Virus record (IMG/VR): IMGVR_UViG_3300035670_000089
Span: 1 to 64,000 of that record
Length of the DNA: 64,000 nt
Origin: a virus
Direction: 5' to 3' (one strand)
The notes beneath the pieces are model-generated. The model ran no database searches. It saw only the letters and a program-made list of their open reading frames with translations, and was not told the origin of the DNA. A program made the translations under genes and the position numbers. The first letter of the stretch is position 1. Every line of letters begins with the position of its first letter. This document shows positions 38,901-50,900 of this stretch, piece after piece.

Positions 38901-41900
38901 TGTTTTGCCGCAAGCTCCGCTTCCTTACGCGCAATCTCCTCTTCCCGATCTTTAAATTTATCGTGAGAACTCTTCTGCTTCTCTCTATATTTCGCCTCAA
39001 TCATCTCCTCTTCAGATAATGCCGGAGTAGGAGGAGTAGGAGGAGTAGGAGGAGTAAGAGGAGTCGGAGGTTTAGATTCTAATTCTGCTCGTTTGCGAGC
39101 GGCTTCGGCTTCAACGGCTTCTCTCTGTTGTTGCGTCTCATTTTGAAGCTGTCTCTTCTTAGCTTTAGCTTCATCTTCTATTTGTTTTAGCTCTGGAGGA
39201 ATAATCTGCTCCTTCGCCGCTATAACCGCCGCGCGTTCAGCTACTATACCTAAACGCTCGTTCTTGCTTAAAGTTCGCCCCGTCCTCTTGTCTTTAGACA
39301 ACCTTAAAGTTAAGTCTTGCTCTATAAGAGTAAGTTGCTCGTAACTATATTGCCCACTTGTATACTTATCTATTTGGTCCGAACGGTATTGTAATACCGC
39401 CGGCGCAAATGACGGTTTAGACGACGTAGTCTGAGGTTTAGGGGTAGGCTTCGGAGTAGGTTTAGGAGTAGGTTTAGGAGTAGGGGCAGGGGTAGGTTTA
39501 GGGGTAGGTTTAGGGGTAGGTTTAGGGGGTTCCCCCAAAATCGTTTTAGCGGTTTCTACTCGTTCTTCCGCCGCTTCCTCGTTTAACTTTTGGGTATTCT
39601 CTGCAGAAGTCTCCGGGGGTTGTGGTTTAGGTGTGGGTTTAGGTGTAGGTTTAGCTGGCTCTACCGGTTCCGCTGTTTCAACCGGGGTCTTCGTTTCTTC
39701 AGGAGATTGAGGTGTAGCGCCCATCTCTTCCTTAATATTTGTCTTAGCTTTCTCCTGAGTTTGCTTTAGGTCTCTCTCTAACTTCCTATTCCAGAGCGAC
39801 CGCCCTAACTTATACGCACCGTAAAGTCCACCCGCCAGAAGAGCGTGTCCCCCAATGGTGGCGTATAACTCATCATGATTCTTCTCTTTATTAAATAAGT
39901 AAGCTTCCTGCGAGATAACAGAACCTAAATAGTTACCGATATACCCGCCGATAATACCGCCGACTATCGCTCCCGGAAATCCTCCAAGTAATCCTCCAAT
40001 GACCGCCCCCACACCCGCGCCCACAAGCGCACCGGTTAAACCACCTTTACTAGCGGAGTCAGCGTATTTGACGTACTCCGCCTGCGAAGTGATATTAGCG
40101 CGCTGTAATCGCTGCCAATATCTCTGTCCTTGACCAAACCCACCAGATACTTCAGACGCAAAGGAACCAATTATGTTTAGCGCGGTACCTATACGGGGTA
40201 CCACACTTAACCCTGTAAATATCCCCGTGACGTTACGTTTGTTGATGTCTACAATTTCTTGGCGGGGACTGGTTTTGTAATGTCGAAGGTTTTCCGCGGC
40301 TTGAGAATTACTGTGCAGAGTAAATGGAGCGGCTACAACCGCAATCGCGGCGTCAAAAGCTCTACTCGTTACAATTCTGAATATCTGTCCGCTTAAGGAA
40401 CGCCCCGCTACTTCTTTAGTAGCTTCCCTACTCGCCGCTCGGTACAGTTCCTTCTGGAACATTCTATTCCGTGCTGCCTTTGAAAAAGCTTGTCTACCCC
40501 CACCGCGCGCCATTCTCTCTGCGGTAAGTCTCGCGGCTTCTCTATACACCCGCGCCTGAGTACTTCGTACCGAGGATTTTACGCCCTCTTCGACTAAATC
40601 GTCTCCAGCGCTAGCTACACCTCTATAAAGAGAAGAGTACCGAGTACCTTTTAAACGGGAGGGACTAACTCTTGAAGCGTAAAGCCTGGGTAGTCTTGAT
40701 GTTTTTGCCGACGCCGGACTAAACCTTAAAGAATCTCCCTTTAAGAAAGGAGACCGCATAAATAAGTCTCTGGTCTTATTCACTTCGTTAAGATATCTCC
40801 AACCAGAGACCGCCCCGGTAGTTACACCGTAACCTATACCCGCGACAGCTAACCCGAAGACTCCAAACTCCACAACGTCTCTAGTTGTAACTTGGGACTC
40901 ATCCGCCGTTCCTTCATCCGCATAGGCTGAGGGGGGCATCAGCATATCCCCTATACCCGGTAAAGCAGATATAGTTTTACCTATTAAAGACCGACGTCGG
41001 GTACCCCGCTCGGAATACATTCTATCCCCCAACCAATTCCCTACGAATTCCCCAACACTATTTTGGAGAATCATCGTTGTGGAGATCTGTTTAGCCCAAC
41101 TAAGGTTTATCTTACCTCGGGTGACTCCACTGAGAATCAGACTACCTAGGTTTACAGATGCACCTATAGCGGCGCCCGCTACATCTCTACTCGCGGCTCT
41201 ATATTCTTGAATATCACTATAGCCGCCCAGACTATTAAGTCTCCACATAGAAAAAGACATTAGAGCGGTGTCTACCCCTGTGGACATCAATGCATTTATA
41301 GTTCCTCTACCTAAACTCCTAAGAGGTCTAAAAGCAGAACTGTCATACGCTTTCTTAGCCGCCATTGGTAGCGACTCGGATAAGAAGGTTGTAAGTCCAT
41401 TCCTAAAAGGTTGACTCCCGAATAAGAATTCGTGTACCCCTCCCCATATTTTATGGAATAGAGATTGTTGTGGCCGAGGGGGTAACGGTGTAGTCGGGGA
41501 GGTTGGTGGAATATTAGGCGCAGAACCTCTTCTAAATGTAAAGTTCGCAAGAGAACTTACAAGACCGCCGATTCCTTTACTAATACCCTTCAGTATTGGT
41601 AAGCCCACAGTCCGGAGTCCAAAAGGATCGAATAAGTCTTCCACTTCACGGAAGATAATATTGTTCTGCCGAACCGGAACATAATTCGGATTAAGGATAT
41701 TCCGAGCGTCTTGTACAATTCCCCTAAAGGAGAATTTAAAACCATACCGTATAGCGTCGGTGGCTCCATAAGCTCCTCCACCGATAAACTGCCACTTTCT
41801 TCTTTCGTCTCTATACTCTTCAGTGGTTTGGTCTTCGTCTTTATGTAGGAAATTATATAAGAATCCTGTTAAGAAATACCCTTTCAGAAAACCCGTACCC

Positions 41901-44900
41901 GCACCCAACGCCATACGAGAGGACGCTCTACCAATACGAACACGCTCCGGGGCTAAGTCTTTAAATGTGCGCCCAGCCTCTCTGGCCTTAGCAGCCTCTC
42001 GGGCATAGTTCATCATTCTTCTTTCATACCCGCGGCGAATACCGCCCTTGATGCCCATATACGTCACCGATGTAGCACCCGAAACCCCCAAGGATAATTT
42101 TGTATAATCCTCGTCGGACATACCGGTGGCGGACGTAACTAAAGACCTCCCGTACTGCATTAAGCCAAAGGTAGCCCCTCCGACTAATGCTCCTTTGCCT
42201 AAATATTCAAATACAAAAGGAAGAGCAGATCTGCCTATCCCTTTATATTTCAGCATGTCATTTAACTGAGCATTATTTATATTGACCAACTCTTCCGCAG
42301 TCAATCCACTAAGTTCCTCAAACTTCTTAATGTTTTGGTTAGCGAAATAAGTGTCTACTACATCTAACCCAGACTTAATCTGTCTGGTTAACGGACCCAT
42401 AAACGAATTGGCAAAACTAGCCGCCCCAGACATTCCCCAAATAAAGGGGTCAATCTGTCGATACTTACGTCTCTCCCTATCCGATAGAGAGTTACTAAAT
42501 ATAGCGGTGAGAACCCCGTAAGTAATCAGTCCGGTTAGGGCTCCCCGGGATACTCTATTATTCCCAATGCCCGACAGCACTCCTTTAAAGGCATCTCCAA
42601 TTCTTTCGCCGGTGGATACAATAGCCCCACCCATTCGCATAATGCCAGAGGTGTCTATAGATGCCCCTTTAAAGGGGGCAGTAATATTACCGTATATAGT
42701 GGACGCTGTGTCTCTAAGAACATTAGGAGTCTCTCGAATAGCGTAAGCCGTGTTATCCGCCACCTTCGCTAGAGTATAGGATGTAGAACCTACACTCTCC
42801 TGCGGTATTTTATTAGTTACATACGAACCAACCACCGCCGTCCCTATAGAGCCAAACGGAGTTTCGTTTATACGTTGTCGGTAGGGTCTACCATGCAACA
42901 TATCTCCTAATTGATTCCGTCTCAATGCGGCTAAGGTTAACAGTTGAGACATATACGGCTTAGGTCCAAAAGGAGCTAAGACCCGGAATGCATATCCTTT
43001 TGTATCGAAATAACGCTGGTAGGTTGTGTATTCGCCAAAGCCATTAATCCTCCCCTGTAGGAATGGATTAACTAGTTCATCGTCGAGGCCCGCTTGTGTA
43101 GAAGCTGCGCGGGCATAACGTTCTCTATTCTTCTCGGCGATATAATCGCTGATGTCTCTCTCATTCGTCTCCCAAGGTACGGGACCTTGGAAGGTTATCA
43201 ACCCTTTACTATACTTCGTGTCTCTATTCCACCAAGCTTCGCTGGTCTCAGGAAGTACAGCGTTCGTTATATAGGCAAGAGGAGTCCCCTCAAACTTACG
43301 GTACAAAGAGGTAATAGTAGGGTCTAGCGCTCTAGCAGGTAATCCTAAGACTTGCAACGTCTCATTCAACACCGGGACTCCGACTAAAGTATTAATAATC
43401 GGAGCCAGGACACGGTTGGCGAGAGGTTTAAATATATGTCGGTCTAAATGCCGAACGCCCTTAGTAATACTATCTGTGATTCTTCCTTCATTAAACTTCT
43501 GGTCAAGGAAATAACCACCGAGGATAGCCCCCGTTGCTACCCAACCAGCAGGGGTAAACATACTCTTCGCGGCGAAGGAGAGTAATGTCATACCTATACC
43601 GGTCTCAATTATCATATTCGCCGCGGCTTCCGACGCCCTCATTCTCTCCATCGGAGATTTCTCCGACGCGGCCTGAGTAACCATACTGTAGACTGGGTAG
43701 AACGTAGCGACCTCCATCGCTTTACCCAGGAGTCCAAAGGCTCCGGTAGCGGCTTCTCGAAGACTACCGAGATACCCTACTCTAGCGACTCTATCTGTAG
43801 TACTCATACTAAATAGAGAAGCATTCCGATTATTTAAAAGCCGCCGTGCAATTTCCCGTTGTTCCCTCGGGGATATTTTCTTACGGGGAAGACGTTGAGG
43901 TACATGAGACGCCCCCTCGTCTTGTATCGCGGAATTTAGGATAGCATCCTGTATATCCAGAATCCGCTCTGCAATATTCTGAATAATGTTGTACTTATTC
44001 TGCGGCGTAACATGCGTGGAGTTTATCTCGTCAGTAATAAGAGAGCTAAGTTTCCCAAACTTATCCTCAATAAGATCGTCCACTGCTGCATCTATACCTG
44101 TAGCAGACGAACTGTCAATAAAGAATTCTAGGAGGCGTTTCGTAGAACCGTCGTTAACGTCGATAGAAGCATCCAGGAGTATATCTCGTAGCTCCCGCTT
44201 AATCCTACCGGTGAGGTCTTCAACCTCTTTTCCAATATCGACTCCCGGTTTTTTCTTACTCTCGACGAGAGTATCTATCTGTTTTACAAACTCACTCTCT
44301 CTATCAGGGAGGTCCTCGACATAAGAGGACAACCTACTGTTTAAATCTACAAACTGATCTTGTATCTTACGAGCGTTTTGAGTACTAACCGTTAAAGTTT
44401 CGCTACCTAACCGCAATCTACGCGCACCTTTAGTTTGGCGTTGCCGACCCTGAACTTGGAAGTTATCCCCAGAACTTACAATAGTAAAGTTAGAGTTTTG
44501 TATACTCGCAATCCGTTCAGCGACTTTCTCCTCCATACCTCGAATCGTTCCACCTTCCCCAAAAGCGGCAAACGCGGACACCGTTGTCATCAATGAGAAT
44601 GTCGTCGCGGCGGTAACCGCAGTAAATGTCAAAGCGGTGGTCAAGGTCATAATTACCGTAGACCCTACAAAAGGCACCGTCTTCTGTTCTACTTCCCCCT
44701 TAGAGTTTGTCGAACTATACTCCCTCAGTTTGGGGAAGTAAGCCATCTTTAAGGGCTCAATGAAATAACTGAAGATATTTCCCCGTTGGGCTTGTTTACG
44801 AGATTCCATAAGACCTGCGAAGTCCATCGTAGGTTTCTCAAAACTCCCTGTGGTTAAGAACCTTCCCCCCACATTAAAGGTGTTAAGAAATAAATCCAGT

Positions 44901-47900
44901 ACTCCAGGTTGTTGAGATTCCGCGCCGGGTACATATTGAAATATTCCATCCAGGTCGTACTTAGTCCAATCCACACTCTTCAGACCTTCGACGAGAACAT
45001 CCCCCACCTTAAGGTTTTCGATACGCCCCGAGCGCGCCATCTCTAAGAAGTAGTCTATAAACAGTTCAGAACCCCGCTGTCTAGCGGCATGTTGGGCGTA
45101 GAATTCTCTAACCTCTGCCGCCATGGCTAATTCTCTACTAGAGCCACCTAAAGCTTGGACTTCGCTAGCGGTAGTTTTACCGTATAAACGAGATGGAGTT
45201 TTCTTAGGAGTAGCTCCTCGAATCTTTGCCACCGCTTTATCGGAGTATTCTCCTTTAGTAGAGAGGATAGCAGAAAGGACTTTAGCGTCATCAGCGGAGA
45301 TGGACTCCATGTTCATGTATACCTTGGACTGGGATATATCCGCCCCCGGAGATTGAGCCTGTAGATACGCACGCCAGGTCTCAGTTCCTTCCGACATACC
45401 CCAAGCACCGAAGATATTCGCAAAAGGATTAGGGTTGTCTTTATACATCCCCGTCATCTTCCGAATATCGCCGAACAACCCCAAGGTAAATAAATTAAGA
45501 AGATTAGGGATAAAGTTCTCTTTATTCGCGGGTGCGAATGGACTAGAGTACCCTAGAGCTCTTCTAGCCGCACTCATTCGTTTGAAGTCTGAAGAACTTT
45601 CAGTACCACTAAAGACTTTAAGAGGTCCCTCAAAGAATCCTCTTACGAATCTATTCCCTTCTCCTTCTGCTCTACTGTCGGAGAACATGGTGTTATAAAC
45701 GAGTCCGGCTAGACCAACTAGAGCCCCAGCTCTCACTATAGACATCCCTGCCAAACGCATTCTTATAGCGTTAGAGCGGACTAGTTTAGGTTCCGCATAT
45801 CTCAAAACATCGTCTACCTGTTGGAATAACTCCTTACCTTTCCCGGGTAGTATTTTACCGGCTTCAACTTCATTAAAAGTCCCGCGGGCATATCTATTTA
45901 CCAACTCAGGCCATTTCTCCGCATCTAAGTCTCTGAGTACTGAGTCTCCATGTGCCGCCTTCGCCAGTAGATTTAGAGCTTCATCCTGATAAGTAGCGTA
46001 CATTTGACGCTGTGTCCCTCTTAAACTAAAGGGACTTATTCCGTATGAAGGGGGTGTATCTACAAAAGATTTAGCGGAATCAAAGACCCGGCCTGAGTAA
46101 AGAGCAGTAGAGATAACGGTAGTCAAACCTACCGCCGCACCGATTCTATACTCATTCGCTTGACGTAAAGCCTCGTAGGGATTCGCCGTAGAGCCGACAT
46201 TACTCAACCCCGCCGCTTCGTAATAAGAACCTAAAGAACTGTATTCTGAACCTTTACCGACAGCCCCAAACCCTATAGCCGCTGCGAGTAGTAGTGGAGT
46301 CATTTTGCGGAAACTAGGTCCTAAGAACCGAGCGTCCTTAACGTCGTAGAATCGAGTTGATGTCCCAATAGAGCGCATCAATAGATTCGGCATAACAGTT
46401 TGAGGAACTTGAGACCACCGCGCTAGTTTCTCGTACTGCTCAACTCCTAATTGGAGGTAACCTAGTGCGCTTCTTGCGCCTTCTAGTTCCTTCTTAACCG
46501 AAGGAATACTACTTAAATGTGCCCAAGCACCACTTTGCTGTACACCCTGCCATATATTCCCGGCTACTCCGGCTGCTCCAACAAAGACTAGAGAACGAGT
46601 GAAGTACGAGTCTTTATCAAAGACCGGGGTAAAACTATCAAATAGATTACCTTGTAGATATGACTCTCTAGACTCGCGGGCTAACTCCTTAGTATCTCTA
46701 GTATCCTCTATACCCCCGGGATAGAGTCTCTGATACCGTTTCTCCGCCACCTGTTCCGCTCGAGTAGTTACAGAATTAATTCGTAAAGATAGAGGATAAC
46801 TAGGAATAGAACCCATCCCTAAAATAGGTAGGAACTGGAAGCCGGCGCTGAAAGCGTATTTATTCCCCTGAGGGTCTGTTTTACTCACCAGGGTTATTTG
46901 AAAGATTGGGTTAGGTTGTTGATGGGCCCAGGTATACCCAACACGTTCTTTACCTTTATCCGCCTGTAACGCCCGGTCCGCCAACAGCCCTAACAGCGCA
47001 ATATTAGCTAAACCACTCTTAGGTATATAACGAGTATTGAGAATATCTTGGTCTTCAACGTCTTCCCCCGTACGCTCTTTAGCTAATTTTTTATATTTAT
47101 CCACAGTGCGGCGGATAGAAGAGGACATAGTGGTGGAGAATACAATATCCTCATCGGTCTTCAATCCTCCGTCATCCCCGTAGTCTTTCTTGAACACATT
47201 AGCAAGAGCCGCGGCGGTATTAAAACCACCTTGAAGGACAAACAAGGAAGCAATAGCTCCCACGGTGGCCATACCAAAGCTAAAGCGAGTAACATTGCGC
47301 CCCTTCGTAAAGCGAGTGTTTATACTCTCTAACTGCTGCACTACAGCTTTATTCGATTCATCATTAAATAACTTCTTAAACTCAGCGTCACTACGAGCAA
47401 AGGTAGATAGCCTGTCGTCTATCCGTAAAGAATAGAACATCTTACCCGAGGCTACACCAGCACCTAACACTGTGGGTACTTTTAGCCAATCTGGGACTAC
47501 CCCGGTGTACTGCACTTGCGAAAAATCAGCACTGCCGTCTTTAACGGTGTCCTTCGCATTTATACCGTATAGCATTTGGGATATCAAATCTTGACCCCGG
47601 TTCTGCATTAGGTATTTATCTAACACACGGTCTACCGCTAATACAGCACCCACGGAAGCTAAAGCTTTTCTTCCGATAGCCGCGGCATGTACTGATTTGA
47701 TGGTGTTACTAAGACCCTTATGTCGATAAGCGGAGAGTTGTTGGTGTCTTGAGAATAGATCGTCGTACTCAGTCAATACCTGCTGTATTCTATTCAAAGC
47801 AGGACTACTCGCGGTATCGTCGGCTAGTTGAGATAATAGATCACTATTACTCATTATCGCGGCGATAGCCGGTTCTTGATGTCTTAACTGTTTCCCTAAG

Positions 47901-50900
47901 TGGAGTATTTCGCCAGACTCTTTGAGGGTTTTAACTAAACCGTGCTCGTACATCCGGCGGGCGGTCAACGTTATATTCGACGATAACTCGATTAGTCCTT
48001 GGAAACCCGGGCCCAACGCCCCCTTTAAGGAGAGTACCTGATTGGGTAGAGGACCTTGATTCGCTTCCACTAAGTCCGGTGTCCACGTTCCCGTAATCCC
48101 TCTAGCTTTTCTTACTCCCGGAAGATAATATATAGGATTGAACGCGATATATCTCGAGATATCATCCAAGTGCCGCGCGATATCCTCTAAACGTTGTTTC
48201 CCGAAGTTCATGGGTTCAATAGAGGAGAAGGTCTCCGACTTATACCTGATATATATAGGTTGAGACAAGACTTCTCGGAGGCCTTTTACAGAGTTCTCAA
48301 AACTAAGTTGGGTCTCTACATCCCCTACAATCGATATAGACCGTAAGATCGGTTCAATAACATTCTCAAAGTTACTGTCGTCGAGTAGACGTAGTCTATT
48401 TACTACGTTTAAAGAACCGTATTGATTCGGAGCGGGGTCTCTATATAAACCAGACTCTAAGTCCATAACCCCGTCAGTAACCCCAAAGGTCTGTTTTTTA
48501 ATGCGGTGGACTTCTTCTGCTATCTCCGTCGTCGCAACATCTAACTCTCCTTTCTTGACGGCATAGTTCCCTATACGATCTATTTCCCTCCGGAAAGTCT
48601 CCACACCCTCATCGGCGGGGTCTCCAGATTCCATTAAATTCTTTACAAACTGCAACGCAGTTTTATTATCCGAGGCATCGATAAACTCCTTAACTGCCCC
48701 GGCATCATTCATCTTACCGAGGATGGAGTATTCGAGCATAGCGTCAATTACGTTAGACCCGATTAAACCCTTGGCCGTAAATTTATCTGCAACAGCATTA
48801 AGAGAGTAGAACAAATCGCGGTGTTGCATCGGGAGTTGTCTTGCTCTAGCCCAACCAAAGAAACCCTTGTTAGTGGACGAGGACATAACTCTCTCCATAC
48901 CGGCAGTCTCTAACTCCGCTTTAAAGATTGAGAGAGAGTGACTAAATCCAAAGTAGAAGAGTAAGGCGTTAGTAGTAGCACTAGCCGTAGAGTAGGAGGA
49001 CGATATGAGAGTCTCGAAGAATCCCCTCTTCTCTTTACTCTCGTATTGAGATTTATGTAATCCTTGAGGGTCGTCCTCCAAAGCTTTACCTTTTTCCGCA
49101 GCGTAAAGCTGCTTCATCGTGTAATACCCTGTCAAATAATCTAAGGTACGCCCAAAGAGAGTTAGACCTGTACCCACCAAGCCGCGGTCTTTCTCGTAAG
49201 CCTCGGGGAATTTCTCGTTTATAAGTGCGCCCCATCCTCGTAGAGTACCCGGGCTAAGTTGTCTATCTAGAGAAGCATAAAGGGCATAGCGGAATTTATC
49301 CCCAGGCTCAGTGACATCATCTTTAGTTTTACCGGTAAGGCTATATATATAATCTTGGTATGGAGTGGGGCGTTCTCCTTTAAACATCGAGAAGAACCTA
49401 TCGTCTATAGATGTAGGAAGATAAATCGTCCCGGTGGTCTCTCTTGATATTGTGTCCCCCATATCGGATTTATCGGTATACTTAGGCCTAAATAATGTGG
49501 AGAACAGTCCTCTATCATACGCAGTGGTTTTTGAGGATAGTTGTCGCCCAGAGAACAGTGGGAAGTTCCTCTCGTTAAGTTCCTTATTCTTAGTATTTAA
49601 ATCAGGGTCAGGAGTATCCGTAGGCAATAAGGTCTTAGTTATACCTTGCGCTTGCCACCTCTCAATTTCTTTAATACCAGCTTTCGAGATATTAGGGTCG
49701 CGTATAACCACCCCAATCTCGGTCACAAAGTTATTACTACTTTTACTGAAGTTGTGGGAAGTGATATAGGACCAGACATCGCTAAATATAGATTTAGCGT
49801 GAAGCATGACGTTAGCCTGCTCATCGGTTAACCTCACTTCTATCTTCGGACTTGAGTTCACCAAAGACATTAGTAAGTCCGATTGTATCTCTGGACTAGT
49901 AGCGGCGGTTTTCCCCGCTGGATTATTAGACACAATTACTATCTTATTTATATCCGGGTCTTTACTCTTAGCAACCACCTCTTTAAATAACTCTTTATCG
50001 GTAGCCGCGAATAGAGTCATATATAAGTTACCTTTGGCAGACTGCACTAGCTCTTTATGTCTCTGCTGCGATTCTCCACCTTTACCGCCAATAATTACAT
50101 TAGGAAGATTCGGCGGAGTCTCCTTAGGGTCTTGAGCCGATTTGTTTATATACTGTATAGCCTGCTTTATCTGCTTAACGACTGCATTATCTTCTATAAC
50201 AGCGGAGAAGTTCAACTGTTTCGTCGTATTACTTTTTGTTTCCTGGGCTTCACCTAAGTTAGCAGTGGATATTAAGGCGACTTCATCAGAACGAGAGGTA
50301 GCCGCCGCTTTAGCGTGTCCGTGAGTATTGTCACCCTGAGTTCTACTCTCATAAGTTTTTCCCGCGTATACACCCCTTATATTAGACCGTTCGGTTATCC
50401 TACCGCTAAGCATCCGACCTAAAGTAGGGGTATCCATAATTGCTAAAGACGCCGCAGTGGCAGCAGCGGCTCCCGCTAGTAGACCCGCTGCCCGAGCTAC
50501 TCTATTTTTACCTAAGTTATACCCAACTACAGCACCGCCTGCAGCCGCTAAAACAGTAGGGACATAATTATCATTAAGGGGAGTAACATCCGAGTAGACG
50601 TTGAGTTTACCTTTTAGGCCGTAGTCCTCTATATTAGCGCCCAAACTAACCGACATAAAGTTGCCGCTCTTTATATTTTCGGGAGAAGGGTCTTCAGCCA
50701 AGGAGTTTAATCTACGGTAAAGTCTATCCTCAAGACGTCGACTCTGCGTCGACATACTATAGTACGAACCGATTAAGCGGTCTTTCTTGTTATGCACTTT
50801 ATCTAAGAAAGAAGAATAACCCTCTTCAGTCTTAGAACCAGAATAGAGAGTTACCTCCGACAATCCGGAGTAGGTAATACCTTCTTCAGTTCTGTTTACC

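Noticed and set aside
30047-50324. Numerous + strand and alternate-frame ORFs inside the giant gene
   Set aside because: They are antisense or frame shadows of a long, repeat-rich coding sequence, with no recognisable motifs.
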